Origin: Gemmatimonadales bacterium
GTDB taxonomy: Bacteria; Gemmatimonadota; Gemmatimonadetes; Gemmatimonadales; GWC2-71-9
Length of the DNA: 44,967 nt
Direction: 5' to 3'
Assembly: GCA_043741355.1 (NCBI GenBank)
Contig: JAYUAL010000383.1
Span: 1 to 44,967, forward strand
Shown here: positions 40,464 through 44,967 of the stretch, in pieces
Layout: each line of letters begins with the position of its first letter
How positions within the stretch are numbered: the first letter of the stretch is position 1
The notes under the pieces: model-generated
Seen by the model: the letters and a program-made list of their open reading frames with translations, nothing else
The model's database searches: none
What the model was told of the DNA's origin: nothing
Program-made: the position numbers and the translations under genes

Positions 40464-41726
40464 TCAGCCGGCGTCGATCATGGCGTAGTGCTTTTTCCCC
40501 TTCTGGAGCACGATGAAGCGATCGGCCAGGAGATCGAAGGTACCGAGGGCGCGCTCGGCGGCCAGTTTTTCGCCATTGACGCTGTAGCCGTTGCCCTGAA
40601 TTCCCCGCCGGGCGTCGGCCTTGGAGGTGGCGAGGCCCGCGCCGACCAGGGCGTCGACGACCGGATACCCGGCCTCGAGTTCTATTCGGGAGACGGGAAG
40701 CGCTTGGACCTCGTTGGCCACCGTCCACAGGGCCATTTCGTTGGCGTTCCGGATATCGGCCCTGCCAAACAGAATGTCACTCGCGTGGAGGACGCCTTCG
40801 AGAAACTCTTCCCCATGAACGTGTCTTGTCATCCAGACTGCTAACCACCGTTGGGCGTCACGTTTCCCCGGATTGGCAGCGTGCTGCGCAACCAGTTCCG
40901 CAGCATCCCTGACCGGCAGGTCGGTGAAGAGCTTCAGAAAGCGCTCAACGTCCCGGTCGTCGGTGTTGAGCCAGAACTGGTAGAACTTGTACGGGGTGGT
41001 CTTGCCCGGATCCAGCCAGATGTTGCCCGCTTCGCTCTTCCCAAACTTGCCACCCGAAGCGGTGGTGAGCAGCGGCGAAACCAAGCCATGCACCTGGGTC
41101 TGCTCCCGTCGGCTGATCAGCTCGATCCCGGCCGTGATGTTGCCCCATTGGTCGCTGCCGCCCACCTGGAGCTCGCAGCCTCCCGTCCGGAAGAGATGAT
41201 GATAGTCGTAGGCCTGAACCAGCATGTAGGCGAATTCGGTGAAGGAAATTCCGGTATCCATCCGGGATTGTACCGATTCCTTCTGCAGCATGTAGTTGAC
41301 GGTGAAGTGCTTGCCGGTATCTCGAAGGAACTCCATCAGCCCGAGCGGGCGCAGCCACTCGGCGTTGTTCTGAATTCGAGCGGCGTTATTGCCCTCAAAG
41401 GAAAGGAAGCGGCCCAACTGCGCACCGATGGCCGCGGCGTTCGCGTCGATCTGCTCGATCGGTAGCACGGGACGCTCGCTACGCTTGCCGCTCGGGTCAC
41501 CCACCAGGGCGGTCCCTCCGCCGACGAGGGCGATGGGTGTTCCGCCCAGCTGCTGGATCCAGTGCAGCACCATCACGGGGACCAGATTGCCGACGTGGAG
41601 GGAGTCGGCGGTCGGATCGAAGCCTACGTACGCCGTGATGGGGCCCTTGGCGAGCCGCTCGCCCAGGCCCGGGGTGGCGCCGTGGAGGAGGCCACGTGCA
41701 GCCAGGATTGAGAGGAGGTCGGACAT
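40464..41726 (-). CDS. tyrS: Tyrosine--tRNA ligase
   Basis: ATG at 41726 ([15 protein letters not shown]). HVGNL (HIGH), KFGKS (KMSKS) and a C-terminal S4 domain. Track ORF extends to 41777 across the intergenic palindrome. Confidence 0.9.
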   Translation of the reverse strand: MSDLLSILAARGLLHGATPGLGERLAKGPITAYVGFDPTADSLHVGNLVPVMVLHWIQQLGGTPIALVGGGTALVGDPSGKRSERPVLPIEQIDANAAAIGAQLGRFLSFEGNNAARIQNNAEWLRPLGLMEFLRDTGKHFTVNYMLQKESVQSRMDTGISFTEFAYMLVQAYDYHHLFRTGGCELQVGGSDQWGNITAGIELISRREQTQVHGLVSPLLTTASGGKFGKSEAGNIWLDPGKTTPYKFYQFWLNTDDRDVERFLKLFTDLPVRDAAELVAQHAANPGKRDAQRWLAVWMTRHVHGEEFLEGVLHASDILFGRADIRNANEMALWTVANEVQALPVSRIELEAGYPVVDALVGAGLATSKADARRGIQGNGYSVNGEKLAAERALGTFDLLADRFIVLQKGKKHYAMIDAG

Positions 41727-41751
41727 CAGGGCCAATATAGAGCGGGGACCA

Positions 41752-41777
41752 GTGACCGGTAACCGGTAACCGGTCAC
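41752..41777. promoter_or_regulatory. Palindrome/tandem ACCGGT(A) triplet in the tyrS-PBP1A divergent intergenic region (candidate operator)
   Basis: GTGACCGGT-AACCGGTA-ACCGGTCAC. Three ACCGGT hexamers at 7-nt spacing, with outer 9-nt arms perfectly complementary. Confidence 0.35.
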
Positions 41778-41805
41778 CCCCTCGGACCTCCCTTATCTTC
41801 CAGCC

Positions 41806-43938
41806 ATGGCCCGAAAGCTCCTCCCCGCCCGCCTCACCCGCTGGTGGCATACGCCGCGTCGCCGCCGCAACATCCTGGTCGGCTTGTGCGCGCTCCTGCT
41901 GTTCGGCACCGCGGTCCTGGCCGGGGGCTGGATGCGGGTCTGCGCCGGCGGCGCCTGCCCCTCCATTGCCGGCCTCGACAATTACGATCCCGACCAGGCC
42001 TCCAAGGTCTACTCCGCCGATGGCCGGCTGATGACCGACTATGGACAGCAGCGCCGAACGGTGGTGCCGCTCAAGCAGATGTCGCCCGCCGTGGCGGCCG
42101 CCTTCCTGGCGGTGGAAGACCGCCGGTTCTACCGGCATCACGGTATCGACTGGGTTCGCTTCTTCGGCGCGATCAAGTCCACGATATTCGGGCGGAAGCA
42201 GGGATTCTCCACCATCACCATGCAGCTCGCGGGCAACCTCTGGCCCGACATTATCAACCGGAACCAGCGGAAGGGCTTCAAGGGCATCTCGCGCAAAATC
42301 CGCGAATCGCGCATGGCGCTGGAAATCGAGCGGAACTACTCCAAGGACAAGATTCTCGAGCTGTACCTGAATCAGATCGACCTCGGCAACCGGGCCTTCG
42401 GAGTGGAAGCGGCCGCTCAGCGCTACTTCGGCAAGTCGGTTCGCTCCCTGAACGTGGCCGAGGCAGCCATGCTGGCCGGCCTGCCCCAGGCCCCCGCTAC
42501 CTACAATCCGCGGAAGAGCCCGCGCCTGGCGGTGCGGCGCCGGAACCTGGTGATCGGCATGATGGAACAGTGGGGCAAGCTCTCCCACGAATCAGCCGAG
42601 GCGTGGAAGGCGTATCCGCTCAGTCTCTCCAGCCGATCCGACTACAGCGGTGTGGCCGAGTACTTCGTGGAGTACGTCCGGCAGATTCTCCAGGCTCGAT
42701 TCGGCACCGATCTCTACAAGTCCGGATTCCGGATTTACACCACGCTCGATCTGGACATCCAGCAGGCGGCGGAGCGCGCGCTGGAAACCCAGCTGCAAAA
42801 CATCGAGGACGGCGGGACCGGCCCTTACCCGCACAAAACCTACCGGCAGTATCTCGACCAGCGCACCGACGCGACGCCCGACCCCGGCGCCGAACCGTTC
42901 AGCCCCTATCTCCAGGGCATGATCGTCACGCTCGACGCCGATTCCGGGTATATCCGCGCGATGGTGGGCGGGCGGGACTTCGAGGACAACAAGTACAACC
43001 GGGCCACCCAGAGCTTGAGGCAGGCCGGCTCGACCTTCAAGCCGTTCGTGTACGCCGCCGCCATTCGCGCCGGGATTCCACTCTCCTCGATCTGGGAAGA
43101 CTCACCGGTTTCCGTCGAGATCCCCGATCAGCCCACCTGGGAGCCCAAGAACTACGACAGCAAGTTTGCCGGCTTCATGACGATGCGGGAGGCGATCCGC
43201 CAGTCGCGCAACACGGTGGCGGTGAAGGTGGGGCTCAGGCTGGGTGAGGACGCGGTCATCGCGGAGGCGTCCAACTTCGGCATCAACACCCGCATTCCGC
43301 GAGTGCCCTCGATCTTCATCGGATCGGCGGATGTCTATCCCATCGAGCTGGTGGGCGCCTACACCGCCTTCGCCAACATGGGCGTGCTTGCGACGCCCAA
43401 CGCCATCCTCCGGGTCGAGGATCGCGATGGCAACATCATCTGGCAACCCGAAATCCGGCAGAAGCGGGTGATGGATCGGGAACATGCCTGGCTGATCCTG
43501 GATGCTCTGCGCGACGTGGTCCGGCGGGGCACGGCGGCGGGGGTGTTTTCCCGGGCGGGGTTCACCATCCCCGCCGGCGGCAAAACCGGCACGACCAACG
43601 ACGGCATGGATGTCTGGTTTGTGGGATTCACGCCCGACCTGGTTACCGGGGTCTGGATGGGCTTTGACAAGAAGACCAAGATCAAGGGCAACGCCCAGGG
43701 CGCTCAGCTGGCGGCGCCGGCCTGGACCATGATGATGAATCAGGTATACGAGCGGCGACGGAGGCCGGCGGGGTGGGGCATGCCCGACGGGCTCATCCAG
43801 GCCGATATCGACGAAGGCACCGGCAGCCTCGCAACACCCTTCTGTCCCCGCACCAGCGTGATCCGCGAGTACTACTACCCCGGCACCGAGCCGACCGAGC
43901 GCTGCGCGCTGCACAGCCCGTTCCGCGGCGGGTGGTGA
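41806..43938 (+). CDS. mrcA: Class A penicillin-binding protein (PBP1A-type transglycosylase/transpeptidase)
   Basis: GT51 motifs AFLAVEDRRFYRHHGID and RKIRESRMALEIERNYSKDKILELYLN. Transpeptidase motifs AGSTFKP (SxxK) and KTGTT. Confidence 0.9.
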   Translation: MARKLLPARLTRWWHTPRRRRNILVGLCALLLFGTAVLAGGWMRVCAGGACPSIAGLDNYDPDQASKVYSADGRLMTDYGQQRRTVVPLKQMSPAVAAAFLAVEDRRFYRHHGIDWVRFFGAIKSTIFGRKQGFSTITMQLAGNLWPDIINRNQRKGFKGISRKIRESRMALEIERNYSKDKILELYLNQIDLGNRAFGVEAAAQRYFGKSVRSLNVAEAAMLAGLPQAPATYNPRKSPRLAVRRRNLVIGMMEQWGKLSHESAEAWKAYPLSLSSRSDYSGVAEYFVEYVRQILQARFGTDLYKSGFRIYTTLDLDIQQAAERALETQLQNIEDGGTGPYPHKTYRQYLDQRTDATPDPGAEPFSPYLQGMIVTLDADSGYIRAMVGGRDFEDNKYNRATQSLRQAGSTFKPFVYAAAIRAGIPLSSIWEDSPVSVEIPDQPTWEPKNYDSKFAGFMTMREAIRQSRNTVAVKVGLRLGEDAVIAEASNFGINTRIPRVPSIFIGSADVYPIELVGAYTAFANMGVLATPNAILRVEDRDGNIIWQPEIRQKRVMDREHAWLILDALRDVVRRGTAAGVFSRAGFTIPAGGKTGTTNDGMDVWFVGFTPDLVTGVWMGFDKKTKIKGNAQGAQLAAPAWTMMMNQVYERRRRPAGWGMPDGLIQADIDEGTGSLATPFCPRTSVIREYYYPGTEPTERCALHSPFRGGW

Positions 43939-44967
43939 GGCCCCTCCGGCTCCGAGCCCGCTGGGCGGTACCGGTAGACACTCCAGTCATTCCCGATGCC
44001 GCGATCCTGATCGGCGCCGACGGCCGCATCGCGGCGGTCGGTCCTGATGCGGCGGTTCCCACTCCGCACCACGCCCGGGCGCTCGATCTGGGGAGCGCAA
44101 TCCTCATCCCCGGCCTGGTCAACGTCCATACCCATCTCGAGCTCACCGGGTTCGACGACCTCGCCCCTGGGCTGGCATTTCGCGAGTGGATCCTCACGAT
44201 TCGCGAGCGCAAGCAGCGCCGAAGCCCGGCGGAATTCCTGGCGGCCGCCCGGGCCGGCATTCGGGACTGCTGGGCTGCGGGCGTCACGACCGTCGCCGAC
44301 ACTGGCGACTCCGGCGCGGTGCTTCGGGCCCTCGCCGAGCTGGACGGCAGCGGGATCGTCTACCAGGAAGTCTTCGGGCCGCACCCATCCCAACTCGACC
44401 GGAGCTTCGCTGATTTGGAGGCGCAGATGGAGGCGCTCCTGCCCCTCGCTCGGGGGCGGCTCCGCCTCGGGGTATCGCCCCATGCACCGTACACGGTGAG
44501 CGGGCCACTCTATGCCCGCGTGGCGCAGTGGGCGCGGTCGCGGAGCCTCCCGATCGCGGTGCACATTGCCGAATCGTCGGCGGAGAGCGAATTCGTCATC
44601 CATGGCACCGGGCCGTTTGCCGCTGCGTGGCGGGAGCGGGGCATCCCCCCGATAGGTCATTCCACTCACCAATCGTCTCCCCCGTCCTCCCCGTCCCCCC
44701 CGTCCCCCCCGTTCTCGCCGGTTCACTGGCTGGACCAGCACGGGGTGTTCGGCGCTGATACCCTCTGCATTCATGCCATCGAGGTCTCCGACCGGGATAT
44801 CGGCTGGCTCGCGGCCCGGGGCGTGGCCGTGGCGCACTGCCCGGTCTCCAACGCCCGCCATGGGCACCGCGCCGCGCCCCTCCGGGCCCTTCTCGCCGCC
44901 GGGATCCGCGTCGGTCTGGGCACCGATTCGGTCGCCAGTGTGGGGAGACTGGATCTCATGGCCGAAG
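43935..44967 (+). CDS. Metal-dependent amidohydrolase-superfamily protein (TRZ/ATZ or deaminase-like); 3' end outside the window
   Basis: Not in the ORF track because it runs off the window. GTG 43935 forms a GTGA overlap with the PBP1A stop. My translation reads VRPLRLRARWAVPVDTPVIPDAAILIGADGRIAAVG...ILIPGLVNVHTHLELTGF...VHIAES...LCIHAI...GLGTDS. Confidence 0.75.
   Translation, partial: MRPLRLRARWAVPVDTPVIPDAAILIGADGRIAAVGPDAAVPTPHHARALDLGSAILIPGLVNVHTHLELTGFDDLAPGLAFREWILTIRERKQRRSPAEFLAAARAGIRDCWAAGVTTVADTGDSGAVLRALAELDGSGIVYQEVFGPHPSQLDRSFADLEAQMEALLPLARGRLRLGVSPHAPYTVSGPLYARVAQWARSRSLPIAVHIAESSAESEFVIHGTGPFAAAWRERGIPPIGHSTHQSSPPSSPSPPSPPFSPVHWLDQHGVFGADTLCIHAIEVSDRDIGWLAARGVAVAHCPVSNARHGHRAAPLRALLAAGIRVGLGTDSVASVGRLDLMAE
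44678..44712. repeat. C-rich CCCGTCC-type repeat, in-frame inside the amidohydrolase gene
   Basis: TCCCCCGTCCTCCCCGTCCCCCCCGTCCCCCCCGT encodes SPPSSPSPPSPP. It is related to the tgt/queA elements but in the opposite orientation relative to the coding strand. Confidence 0.65.

Noticed and set aside
41727-41805. Possible T-box leader or small RNA/tRNA in the tyrS upstream spacer.
   Set aside because: The spacer is only 79 nt, far too short for a T-box (about 200-300 nt), and no cloverleaf-compatible arms are visible. Only the ACCGGT palindrome is notable, and it is reported separately.

Overview
This is a high-GC (roughly 70%), very gene-dense chromosomal segment from a diderm bacterium, judged by TamA/TamB, Lgt, an LPS heptosyltransferase, MsbA and PBP1A. 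The content would fit a Gemmatimonadota-like lineage, but phylum cannot be assigned from this sequence alone. I call 45 CDS. I see no rRNA, tRNA, CRISPR array, transposase, integrase or prophage genes. Layout: (1) tamA/tamB, a lipid kinase, a degenerate sigma-54-type activator and a translationally coupled chain (Zn-ribbon, HAD, CYTH, membrane protein, acpS), then a cytochrome c-FTR1 iron permease (+ strand, 1-13.1 kb). (2) A 13.9-kb minus-strand array of 19 housekeeping genes with no intergenic gap above 19 bp (yebC-ruvC-ruvA-Zn ribbon-ruvB-queA-tgt-yajC-def-fmt-thiE-thiS-thiG-rsmB-PASTA-rpe-tlpA-tsaD-lgt). (3) An LPS/polysaccharide block (GT9, msbA, six glycosyltransferases; 27.5-36.3 kb). 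(4) A patatin-ferredoxin fusion, class V aminotransferase, DUF853 ATPase, mscL, tyrS, PBP1A and a partial amidohydrolase. I found no convincing multi-gene novel system such as a defence island. The signals worth a second look are smaller. First, a family of period-8 G3/C3 (G-quadruplex-type) repeat elements sits in-frame inside tgt, queA and the amidohydrolase. Second, related GC-rich hairpins contain both stop codons at two convergent gene junctions. Third, a small Zn-ribbon ORF lies between ruvA and ruvB. Fourth, ruvB's conserved N-terminal motif lies upstream of any canonical start codon. Fifth, a 5-nt tandem duplication sits exactly at the HAD/CYTH junction. Others are a triply degenerate sigma-54 activator, a kinase-less PASTA protein at the PrkC position, and a patatin-ferredoxin fusion. 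Many long ORFs in the track are antisense or out-of-frame shadows typical of high-GC DNA and are rejected.
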